This document shows, piece by piece, positions 22,133 to 29,580 of a stretch of 64,000 nucleotides of DNA. The position numbers and the translations under genes were made by a program. The notes below the pieces were generated by a model. That model worked only from the letters and a program-made list of their open reading frames with translations. It was not told the DNA's origin and ran no database searches. How positions within the stretch are numbered: position 1 is the stretch's first letter; the number at the start of each line of letters is the position of its first letter. Source of the DNA: an uncultured Novosphingobium sp. (GTDB lineage Bacteria > Pseudomonadota > Alphaproteobacteria > Sphingomonadales > Sphingomonadaceae). The stretch lies in assembly GCA_947085475.1 (NCBI GenBank), contig CAMTWP010000009.1, forward strand, positions 124 to 64,123, given 5' to 3'.

Positions 22133-22173
22133 TGATGTATTCCATCAACCTATGCCCAAAAATTCCACTTGGG
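22133..22173. repeat. left-end terminal repeat plus one subterminal ATTCCAC motif
   Basis: GTATTCCAT at 22137-22145 and AATTCCACTT at 22161-22170. The segment 22154-22173 mirrors CAAGTGGAAT...TTTTTGGGCA at the right end. Confidence 0.7.
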
Positions 22174-22352
22174 TAATTTGCGGCATTTTCCCCCGTTATC
22201 AGATGGCTAGTCTATGCTGCTTGAGCGGGAAGTCCGGCATTTTTAATCTCTGAATATCCTGCCAGCATCCCGACATACAAACCAAGTGCCTGCTTCAAAG
22301 ACCAGGCCCATCCACTCGGAACGCTCTGGGCCACTGTCAAAAACGCATGCAC

Positions 22353-22384
22353 AAAAAAGCGGCCACCAGTTACCCGGTAGCCGC
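22353..22384 (-). terminator. Rho-independent terminator of the six-gene island operon
   Basis: On the minus strand: GCGGCTACC-N8-GGTGGCCGC followed by TTTTTTG, ~96 nt after the last stop codon. Confidence 0.75.
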
Positions 22385-22479
22385 CCAATGATGTTGCCAG
22401 TGATTTCCGGAAATGGAAAACGCGACTTTGAAAAGTCAGCTCAAGCGAGTGCTGCCCGTTCCGAAATCAGAATGGTCAA

Positions 22480-23232
22480 CTACTTATCAGTCAATGCTCT
22501 GGCGCCGTTGCGGTGAGCCAACTCGCCCCATTGTTCCCAATGGATGGAACGCTCGCACAACCAGGCAAAAAGCAGATCACGTGCGCGGGAATCCCTGAAG
22601 GCAATCGACCAAACGACGCGGCTCATAGGCATGCCGCCCGAATCCTTGGTGTATAAATCGAGGTGGGAAAACTTGATCAGGAACTGCTTGGCAACGCTTT
22701 CCCTGAAAACCCGATTTGCACGGGCTGGCCACTTTGCCGCTATCTTCTCAGCTTGGGCCAACAGTTCTTCGGAAACCGGAGATGTGTCGCCGACTTCAAG
22801 CCGGATCTCGCGCATGGACAATGATTCGTGATCTTTTTCCCGCGTGAGTTTAAGCATCTTTATCACTGAGTGGCCGAAAGTAGTAATCACCATATATTTG
22901 CGACCAGAACGAGCGCCGTCGTATGCCACAAGGCCAACTTCAACTAGCCAATTACCATAGAAGGTTTGAAAAAATTGGCTGCCATCAAACAGGCTATCAA
23001 CTTCCGCCCATCCAAGACAACCATCTTTATCAATGACCTTCAGGGCTCGAAAAAGTAACTCGCCTTCATCTTCAGAGCGCTTCCAAACTGACTTTGGCCA
23101 AAGTCCATCGAATAACGCATTGCGAACCGATGGCCATGCTTTGCCATTTTCATCGAGAACGCGGTCTCCGTCCCGCATAAGCCACCATCCCCACGGCATG
23201 CAGCGTTTTATCCGTTTGTCGTTATCCATCAT
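22480..23232 (-). CDS. hypothetical protein (island operon gene 6, 250 aa)
   Basis: Start ATGATG overlaps the upstream TGA (ATGATGA). W-rich and non-repetitive. No family recognised. Confidence 0.65.
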   Translation of the reverse strand: MMDNDKRIKRCMPWGWWLMRDGDRVLDENGKAWPSVRNALFDGLWPKSVWKRSEDEGELLFRALKVIDKDGCLGWAEVDSLFDGSQFFQTFYGNWLVEVGLVAYDGARSGRKYMVITTFGHSVIKMLKLTREKDHESLSMREIRLEVGDTSPVSEELLAQAEKIAAKWPARANRVFRESVAKQFLIKFSHLDLYTKDSGGMPMSRVVWSIAFRDSRARDLLFAWLCERSIHWEQWGELAHRNGARALTDK

Positions 23233-24059
23233 TTTCCGCTCTCCTTTTCCTGCGTATCTTCCGGCTGGAGTCCCATCGGCGGTAAAGTCGGGCCATTTCG
23301 GGCAGGCATCGGCAGGCAAAGTTCGATAGCCGAAAGTTGGGAAGCGAGGTTGAGCACCTCATTCACGACATAGTCGTCATCCCGGTAAACTGGTCGAACC
23401 CCGTCAACCGTCAGATTGCGGTATTTCTTTGGAATCAAATCGCCGATATGATTGCAGTCAAAGCCAAGCCACCAAGCGTCATCGTGAGGCTTATGATCCG
23501 TGGCGTTGGTGCCTGGAACGGTCTTTCTATAGGTAGGACGGAAGGTCACGTGACAAACGCGAACAGCCTCGCCTTTCACCCATACGACGCGGGTGGCGGG
23601 GACATCACAGGGCTTACTGTAAGTCAGCCCACCATGAATCTCGATACCCAGATCAGATGGAATGGCATCATGATCAAAGCCATAAAGCGGATGTGAGCGT
23701 GGCAATCCTACGAATCCCCGAAGGTAACCGTCCTCGGCATCGCGCATAATGATGCATTCGTAGCCTGTTTGGGGATCGAGCCAGGCAACCTTGTCAGCCT
23801 CTCCCCGCTTACGATGGGCCCGACGCAGATGGGGATCGACGAAATAGACCGTGGCCTGATGAAGCACGTGATTTTCCGTGCGATAGTCATAGCCCGTGAC
23901 ACGAGCGACGTTCTCTTGGGTGATCACTTCTTGAGGGGTGAGCGTGACGGGAACGAGAGCTGTGCCTGGTGTAACGGAAGCAGGCGTGATCAGTCTTTCG
24001 GTGGGGACGACGGCAACCGGCAGGTTCTTCACTGCAGGCTTCTTCTTTATCGGAGGCAT
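23229..24059 (-). CDS. hypothetical protein (island operon gene 5, 276 aa) with His/Asp-rich motifs
   Basis: Long ORF with GGA RBS. Contains motifs IHGGLTYS and WWLGFDCNHIGD. No family recognised. Confidence 0.65.
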   Translation of the reverse strand: MPPIKKKPAVKNLPVAVVPTERLITPASVTPGTALVPVTLTPQEVITQENVARVTGYDYRTENHVLHQATVYFVDPHLRRAHRKRGEADKVAWLDPQTGYECIIMRDAEDGYLRGFVGLPRSHPLYGFDHDAIPSDLGIEIHGGLTYSKPCDVPATRVVWVKGEAVRVCHVTFRPTYRKTVPGTNATDHKPHDDAWWLGFDCNHIGDLIPKKYRNLTVDGVRPVYRDDDYVVNEVLNLASQLSAIELCLPMPARNGPTLPPMGLQPEDTQEKESGK

Positions 24060-24242
24060 GGGCGTTTTCCTTTCGGGGATGGAAAATCGGTCAGGACTGA
24101 TCGAAAAGCTCTGGCCGAGACGAAATCAGGGACGAGGTTTCTGGGTGATGATCGTGGCTGCAGGCATTCAGCGCCTGATGACGATTGGGTCTGGGGATTT
24201 GCGGGATACGGTGTCGTCAAGCCCACCATTCACCCCACAACT

Positions 24243-24758
24243 TCACCGTTTCAGCAAAGCCTGAACAGGATCAGAAGGCACCCAAACCTTGGTCCGTTTG
24301 TTCTGGCATGAGGCGGCAAACGGTGTAACCGCGCCATTGACCATGAGCTTTTCGAAATCCCTCCACCATTGGTCGGGAAGGTTATCGGCTGAAAGGATGT
24401 CCCACAGAAGAGTGCGGGCGTAAGCCAGTTTGGCAACTTCAACCGCAAACTTGTCAGCTATTTCCCTATCACGGAAAATCGGCACGCATCGACGCAAGAG
24501 GTGTGCACCTTCAAACAGGATACGAATGCCGTCGTCGGCTGGGCTCACGTCCATAATGCGGATATCATGGGGATCAGTGAAGGAGGATGAAAGCAAGTCC
24601 TTCAAGGGACGACCTACAGCGGAGACAGCGACGTTCTCGGGTATGTCTCCTTCAACATAGAACCTGCCGTAACGTTTGCCCCATTTTCCTGGCAGCATTT
24701 TTAGATCGAGACGCGTTGCCTGGTCTGGGCCTTTTGGCCAAAGGATCTGGGCCTGCAT
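24243..24758 (-). CDS. hypothetical protein (island operon gene 4, 171 aa)
   Basis: Co-directional ORF, 33 nt after gene 3. No family recognised. Confidence 0.6.
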   Translation of the reverse strand: MQAQILWPKGPDQATRLDLKMLPGKWGKRYGRFYVEGDIPENVAVSAVGRPLKDLLSSSFTDPHDIRIMDVSPADDGIRILFEGAHLLRRCVPIFRDREIADKFAVEVAKLAYARTLLWDILSADNLPDQWWRDFEKLMVNGAVTPFAASCQNKRTKVWVPSDPVQALLKR

Positions 24759-24791
24759 TGTTCGCCTGATGTGGGAATATAGGAGAAATGG

Positions 24792-25088
24792 CTATTTTCC
24801 CGGTGGTAATGATCCCAGTGGGCGCAAGGGATCTATCAAAGACACCTTTGTGTATCCCACATCACAATCCAGCAATCTGTCAAACGCATCGTATCGTTCT
24901 GCGTCAGAAGAATGAGAGCCCAAACTCTGAACAGCGTCCAGGAGACACGCAGAGACCCGGAGCCATTTCGGCATTGGCTGTCCCGGGCCCAACGACCGCC
25001 AGACACGTGTGAAAGCAAGCCAATCGATGCCGGCATCAATACTTTCGCCGGGATGATCATGAACAATGGAAAAAGGATTGATCGTCAA
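24792..25088 (-). CDS. hypothetical protein (island operon gene 3, 98 aa, TTG start)
   Basis: Its TTG start overlaps the TGA of the preceding 31-codon ORF (TTGA). Confidence 0.5.
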   Translation of the reverse strand: MTINPFSIVHDHPGESIDAGIDWLAFTRVWRSLGPGQPMPKWLRVSACLLDAVQSLGSHSSDAERYDAFDRLLDCDVGYTKVSLIDPLRPLGSLPPGK

Positions 25089-25180
25089 CGGATAAGCCCC
25101 TCGGCAATCACTAACGGGTAGAGATGACGCACGACATCTCCCCCGACCGCATCAGAGCGGTCAAGCGCATGATCTTTCAT
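25085..25180 (-). CDS. possible 31-aa micro-ORF (island operon gene 2)
   Basis: ATG at 25180 preceded by AAGGAAA at 8-nt spacing. Encodes MKDHALDRSDAVGGDVVRHLYPLVIAEGLIR. Its stop overlaps the next start. Below the ORF-track size cutoff. Confidence 0.35.
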   Translation of the reverse strand: MKDHALDRSDAVGGDVVRHLYPLVIAEGLIR

Positions 25181-25234
25181 GATTTTGGTTTCCTTACGAG
25201 CGAGCCCTAAGCAGGGTCAGATCTCTGGTCAGGA

Positions 25235-25975
25235 TCACTTGGCAATGCGGTGTTCGATATCCACCGTGAAGTTTTCATGCCGTTGGAAATCATTATCCAC
25301 TTCAAACTTGCGGATGATTTCGGACAAAACATTCGGCACCAACGCCAATACCATGGGATCAGCCGGGAAAAAGCCCAACCTGATGCGCGCTTCAGAAGCG
25401 GCGTTGGCCCCGTATCGTCCAACCAGATGACCGTGAATGTTTTTCGGTTCACGGGTTATCACCGCATGGAATGCATTGATGATGTGCTGGTCATCCTTGA
25501 AACAGATCATCGCGGTGTAAAGCCGGGGTTGGCCTGCATAAAAGATCAAGGGCGAGTCACCATTATTGGCACCAGAAGACTTTGACTTCTTTTTGCCACG
25601 GGCCTGTTCACCGTCATTGTCTGCCAACAGATCATCAAGGGCGAGCGGATCAACATCAACGCCTAATGACAGACCATGCATCAGCACGCTTCGAAGGCAG
25701 TGTTTGTGCTCAAGGCAGGCTTCCATGGCTGTCCGACCTTCAAAAACCCTGAGCGGTGACAGCATCCACGACATGGGATCGACGTTCAAGCCGTCTCTGG
25801 CAAATCGGCCACCTGCTTCAGCAGCAGTCAAAGCCAACCGGACCAATCCGCGCTGTGTGACGAAAACCAATTTGTCATCGGGCTGATCTGGATCCAGCGG
25901 ATCGGGAAAAGACTTCAGTGGCGGCGGCAATTCAGCAGCGAACGGTCTTATTGCGGTAATGACATTCATAGCCAT
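25235..25975 (-). CDS. hypothetical protein (island operon gene 1, 246 aa) with DUF2384-like (Xre/MbcA/ParS antitoxin toxin-binding) segment
   Basis: AGGAGA RBS immediately before ATG 25975. The segment DPMSWMLSPLRVFEGRTAMEACLEHKHCLRSVLMHGLSLGV resembles the DUF2384 consensus. A Lys/Ser linker follows, then an unassigned C-terminal half. Confidence 0.65.
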   Translation of the reverse strand: MAMNVITAIRPFAAELPPPLKSFPDPLDPDQPDDKLVFVTQRGLVRLALTAAEAGGRFARDGLNVDPMSWMLSPLRVFEGRTAMEACLEHKHCLRSVLMHGLSLGVDVDPLALDDLLADNDGEQARGKKKSKSSGANNGDSPLIFYAGQPRLYTAMICFKDDQHIINAFHAVITREPKNIHGHLVGRYGANAASEARIRLGFFPADPMVLALVPNVLSEIIRKFEVDNDFQRHENFTVDIEHRIAK

Positions 25976-26039
25976 TCTCCTGTCGCCAGGTTTGACATTC
26001 CAAGTCAGCAGGTGGGGGCGACACCACGAGGCAAAAGAC

Positions 26040-26068
26040 CATATAGAGAACATAGAAAGATATGTCAA
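26040..26068 (-). promoter_or_regulatory. candidate sigma-70 promoter of island operon
   Basis: On the minus strand: TTGACA-N17-TATATG. The -35 element lies inside the inverted repeat at 26059-26084. Confidence 0.5.
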
Positions 26069-26084
26069 TAGTTCTCGACATATC
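26059..26084. promoter_or_regulatory. 8-bp perfect inverted repeat, candidate ArsR-family operator
   Basis: GATATGTC-N10-GACATATC sits in the 188-bp divergent region between the operon and the ArsR gene. Confidence 0.45.
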
Positions 26085-26163
26085 GACATAATAGCTCTAG
26101 GGGGGCGTCAAAATAATAGGGGAGGAGCTTTGATTGGGCGGGAAAGTTCCCTAGAATAAGGAT

Positions 26164-26457
26164 ATGGAAAAAATGAATGCCCTCGAAGTCATGAGCGCCC
26201 TTTGCCAATCAACGCGCATGAACGTGGTGAGCCTATTGGTTAAGGCTGGGGCTGATGGAATGGCAGCAGGAGCATTGGCAGATGCAACCGGCAGCTCTCA
26301 CAATACCATGTCCGCTCATCTCGCCATTCTGTTTCGGGCAGGATTGGTAGAGTCTGAAAAGCAGGGGCGGAGCGTTGTCTACAGAGCAAAGGTTGAGGCT
26401 GTTCGCAAGTTGGCGGCATTTCTTCAGGATGTTGCTGATGGACGATTGCCGGCGTGA
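26164..26457 (+). CDS. ArsR/SmtB family transcriptional regulator
   Basis: 97 aa. Winged-HTH pattern (ALCQSTRMNVVSLL...AGALADATGSSHNTMSAHLAILFRAGLVESEKQGRSVVY). Divergent from the island operon. Confidence 0.85.
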   Translation: MEKMNALEVMSALCQSTRMNVVSLLVKAGADGMAAGALADATGSSHNTMSAHLAILFRAGLVESEKQGRSVVYRAKVEAVRKLAAFLQDVADGRLPA

Positions 26458-26541
26458 ACAACCTATAAACCCACTTCAACCAGTTTGGACACTAGCCCAT
26501 TCAATAAATAGAATTCGGGAAAATTTACTTTCAATAATTTT

Positions 26542-27465
26542 TCAGATTTTCCGCTCCATGCAAGTTTCAGATGATATGATTTCTCCATCCCTTTTATCGA
26601 AAACATAGATCATTGCATCTGCCCAATTCGTATAATTTTCTATCGACAACTTAAGATCCCCGTATTTCCAATATTTGGAAACAACTGTCGTAAATCCCGG
26701 ATAGGTGAGTATCTCCTTTTGTTCATGTATCTTTCTTGTATATATCGGACCAACATGTCCAGTTTTTTTTAAGGTCGGGAGAGATGGAGCGATGGAAAAT
26801 TTCACCGCAATGCCAATATTGTTTCCAATCTTTAAGGATTTTGCCCTTTCTGAATCCATCACAATTTCAGAATTAAATGTGCAGTATGCTGCAAAATTTT
26901 CAGTGTATTGATATGCCCCAGTATAATGCCAAACCATCGGATTATAACCGTACTTATAGGAATTTTCGGTCAACTTTTCTAAATAGAAATGTTTTAGAGT
27001 TGCAATGACACTCATTTTATGTGTGTCCGCGTTGTATCTTAATTCTAAGTCAAAAGAATTTGCGTAATTGTAGGGAATTATAAGGAATGTATTCCCATAT
27101 TTTTCTGAAAAGACTTTGTAGTCATTATTCGATTTCAATCGCCCCTGATATTCATCAGTCGTTTCGAATTCATTTTTCTCTAATGTTTTAGCTAGATTGT
27201 ACAAAGCAGAATACAGGACACTCATATCATGTCCTTTACTCAAAAGATCAGAAGATTTAACTTTGCCATCAAATTTAAATGGAATAAATTTATCACTCTT
27301 CGTTACAGGTTCTTCCACATTACTAAATTTTCTAAATAAATCTGCAAAATCTTGACTCGATATCGCTTGCTCAATTCCAGAATTTGAGGAATCTTCGCCG
27401 AGCGCAACGTCAGAGCTAAACCCAAGAAAGCTCAGTGCCAACAGAAGGCTTACCGGCTTTTGCAT
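26542..27465 (-). CDS. secreted hypothetical protein encoded by strongly AT-rich DNA
   Basis: Signal peptide MQKPVSLLLALSFLGFSSDVALG. N/K/Y/F-rich composition. Sampled 60-nt lines are ~30-38% G+C, against ~60% or more in the flanks. Confidence 0.7.
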   Translation of the reverse strand: MQKPVSLLLALSFLGFSSDVALGEDSSNSGIEQAISSQDFADLFRKFSNVEEPVTKSDKFIPFKFDGKVKSSDLLSKGHDMSVLYSALYNLAKTLEKNEFETTDEYQGRLKSNNDYKVFSEKYGNTFLIIPYNYANSFDLELRYNADTHKMSVIATLKHFYLEKLTENSYKYGYNPMVWHYTGAYQYTENFAAYCTFNSEIVMDSERAKSLKIGNNIGIAVKFSIAPSLPTLKKTGHVGPIYTRKIHEQKEILTYPGFTTVVSKYWKYGDLKLSIENYTNWADAMIYVFDKRDGEIISSETCMERKI

Positions 27466-27639
27466 TTTGAACCCTCTGCCTGCTATAAATGCCTTCCGAC
27501 CTAACGACGACAGTTTCCTTATGCAACGGCTGAAAACAGGTGAACTCCATACGCTCAAAGATCAGATCCTTCATGACCGACATCGAAAACGGCTGGATTT
27601 TGGCACGATATGGTCTGACTTTTCCGTTTTGACACCGGT

Positions 27640-28218
27640 TCAGGTTGCTTGAACACCATGCTCCATGGCTCGTCCAATAATCCGAGCTTTCACATCGTCA
27701 GTGGCTGGAAAGATCATGTAGCCGCTATCGAGATCACCCAGCATCATTGATTGATCTCTTGAACCAAGTCGCCAATGCATAGCCACTAGCAGACAGAGCA
27801 TGGCATCCAGACGGTCTTGATCTGCCTTGGTAGGAGGATCTCGGTCAATTTCTGACGCACACCACGCCGCAGCATCTTCGACATTGAACGATTTGAAATG
27901 TGAGGCGGCGGCTGTGGCAACTTTTTGCCAGTCCTCCAGCCGGAATGTTTGTTTGCGACTAGGGTTATAGCGTGGACCAGAGAGGCGGTGGAAAAACTGG
28001 GGATCAAGTGAGGGCAGCGCCAGTGCCGGGAACACCTCTATCACGTGAATGCCGGTTGTGGCAGTTCTGGCTGCTTCTGGGTTCTCGATTGCATTCAGCC
28101 TGCCAAGGAAGCTCCAGATGGGTGAGGCATCGCAAAACATTCCGACTTTGCCACGGTTAGCCACCCCTCGTGATGGCATCGTTTTCGGTGTTCGATATGG
28201 TCTCCCGTTTAGGAGCAT
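27640..28218 (-). pseudogene. DUF429 (RNase H-like nuclease) C-terminal fragment, frameshifted relative to upstream ORF
   Basis: VIEVFPALALPSL and DRLDAMLCLLVA match DUF429 core motifs. The N-terminal catalytic part is missing from this frame. It overlaps 28157-29068 by 62 nt. Confidence 0.55.
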
Positions 28219-29068
28219 CGATCATCAAAATGCCTGCGGTTTGAAGCCGGTCGACCTCTGAAGTTTCCATAGCCCAAGGGAAGCGTAGGCTCTGTTGTGC
28301 TTCTTGCGCGACTTGACTGACCAGCTGCTTTTCGAGGGCTTCGGTGGAAACCGCGAGCCCTTTGCGCATGATGTCGAACAGGATTTTAAAAAGCTCAGCT
28401 CGTGTTTCGACACTGGCCTGTTTTAAGAAGTCGTTGTGAGCGAAAAGCTCATTGTCTTTGGCAAGTTCCAAAAGGCCGGGAAACCGAACTTCGATGAGTT
28501 TCAGGTCTTCCAAATTCGGATTGGTGTAACGCCAGCCCCTGCGAAGATCGCTCCAAACCCGGTGTGCGAGCACTTTTGTTACTGCGTTCTCGGCCTGTTC
28601 GAACGCAATGATGCCGCGAGCGTTGGGGTTGCCCATCCATTCGACGAGGCGTTCTTTGTTTTCTCGATTGAAGCCTAAAGCCTGACGAACAGCGTCACCA
28701 AATTTTTGATGTTCGAGGCCACGACCACCAGCATCTTGCACGGCTTTCAACAGTCCGGCCCTGAGTAAAGTTACAAAGATAAAATCGTTAAAGTGACCAG
28801 ACTGTAGCGCAGCATCTTGGCGGTTATCGGTGAATCCGAGAAGCTTACGCTGAAACTCCCCCAAGGAACCGTCGCTGTGCATTGCCCGAAGGAGGGCTGC
28901 CGTGATCAAAGTGGTGGCAGAACTTCGGCCTTCAGCCGAAAGGCTGGCGAGTTTGGTTCGTTCACGAGCTTGTGATGTCGGGATATTTTTGCAGGCTGCG
29001 CAAAAACGATGTGGCCCCACAAAGAACCAAGCTTCGATCCCTTCGCCATTCACTTGACCGTCACCCAT
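28157..29068 (-). pseudogene. fragment of a helicase-associated (DUF1998/DrmB-like) protein, N-terminally truncated
   Basis: FCAACK...LLGFTDNRQDAALQSGHFNDF resembles the motif found after the Zn-ribbon region of DUF1998-type helicase partners. No helicase core lies upstream. The tail (ILMIDAP) may continue into DUF429 after a frameshift. Confidence 0.5.
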
Positions 29069-29497
29069 ATAAAATCGAATGGCGTTCCCAGAGGCCAGGA
29101 GACCCCAGGCATTTCACGTATTTCCCGGACTGCGTGATGATGCGCCGAAATGGGCGTGTCGTGCTCATCGAGGTTAAGAGAACCGAGAACGACCTTAGAG
29201 ACCCAGAATACCGGGAAAAGCTGGCTCAGATACGAGTGGCTGAATGGGACGACAAAGATCAATGTCTTGCTTGAACAGCTCAAGCCGACCGGAACACGGC
29301 CACTGGCATACCAATATGAGGACGCAGACAGGGCGGCTCGAAAATGCGCGACCGTGACAGAGCTAATCTATCACCACGAACTCACGGCACCGGAAATTTC
29401 GAAAATGCTTCGCGAGCATAAGATTCCAGAGGTCATGCCTAAAGGATGGTGTCGGAAAAAACTGATAGAACTTGGGCTTTTACCAAAGCAGCCTTGA
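28972..29497 (+). pseudogene. TnsA-like PD-(D/E)xK endonuclease remnant (N-terminally truncated, frameshifted near 29215-29240)
   Basis: HFTYFPDCVMMRRNGRVVLIEVK fits the Y-PDF...EVK core of TnsA N-terminal nucleases. The second frame carries the continuation (YEWLNGTTKINVLLEQL) and a helical C-terminal region. Confidence 0.45.
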
Positions 29498-29527
29498 TGC
29501 AATCAAAGACTAAAAATCAGTCCACAG

Positions 29528-29555
29528 CCCCCTCCATCGCGAGGGGGTTTCTTTT
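29528..29555 (+). terminator. Rho-independent terminator
   Basis: CCCCCTC-CATCGC-GAGGGGG followed by TTTCTTTT. Confidence 0.7.
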
Positions 29556-29580
29556 GAGCAGGGCTAGAGGGCTAGCGAAT

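Noticed and set aside
22131-22135. 5-bp target-site duplication expected if the element were a canonical Tn7-like transposon with TGT...ACA ends
   Set aside because: The 5 bp outside TGT (TCTGA) and outside ACA (TCATT) differ. Only the 4-bp TTTC flanking the 12-bp repeat is duplicated, so I do not claim a Tn7-family assignment.
22128-22480. Integrase gene or duplicated tRNA 3' end (attL/attR) expected for a tRNA-associated genomic island. Also checked after tRNA-Cys at 55089-55394 and 58521-58924.
   Set aside because: No tyrosine or serine recombinase ORF and no repeat of the tRNA 3' segment were found by eye. The tRNA-Gln element is bounded by inverted repeats, not direct repeats.
22286-22516. 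76-aa plus-strand ORF in the left subterminal region of the element
   Set aside because: It spans the operon terminator hairpin and a 12-bp palindrome (ATTTCCGGAAAT, 22403-22414). It has no RBS and overlaps the end of gene 6 antisense.
24047-24229. 60-aa ORF in the 183-nt gap of the island operon
   Set aside because: It overlaps the start of gene 5 out of frame, has no RBS, and has a Pro/Ser/Arg-rich composition. I treat the gap as untranslated.
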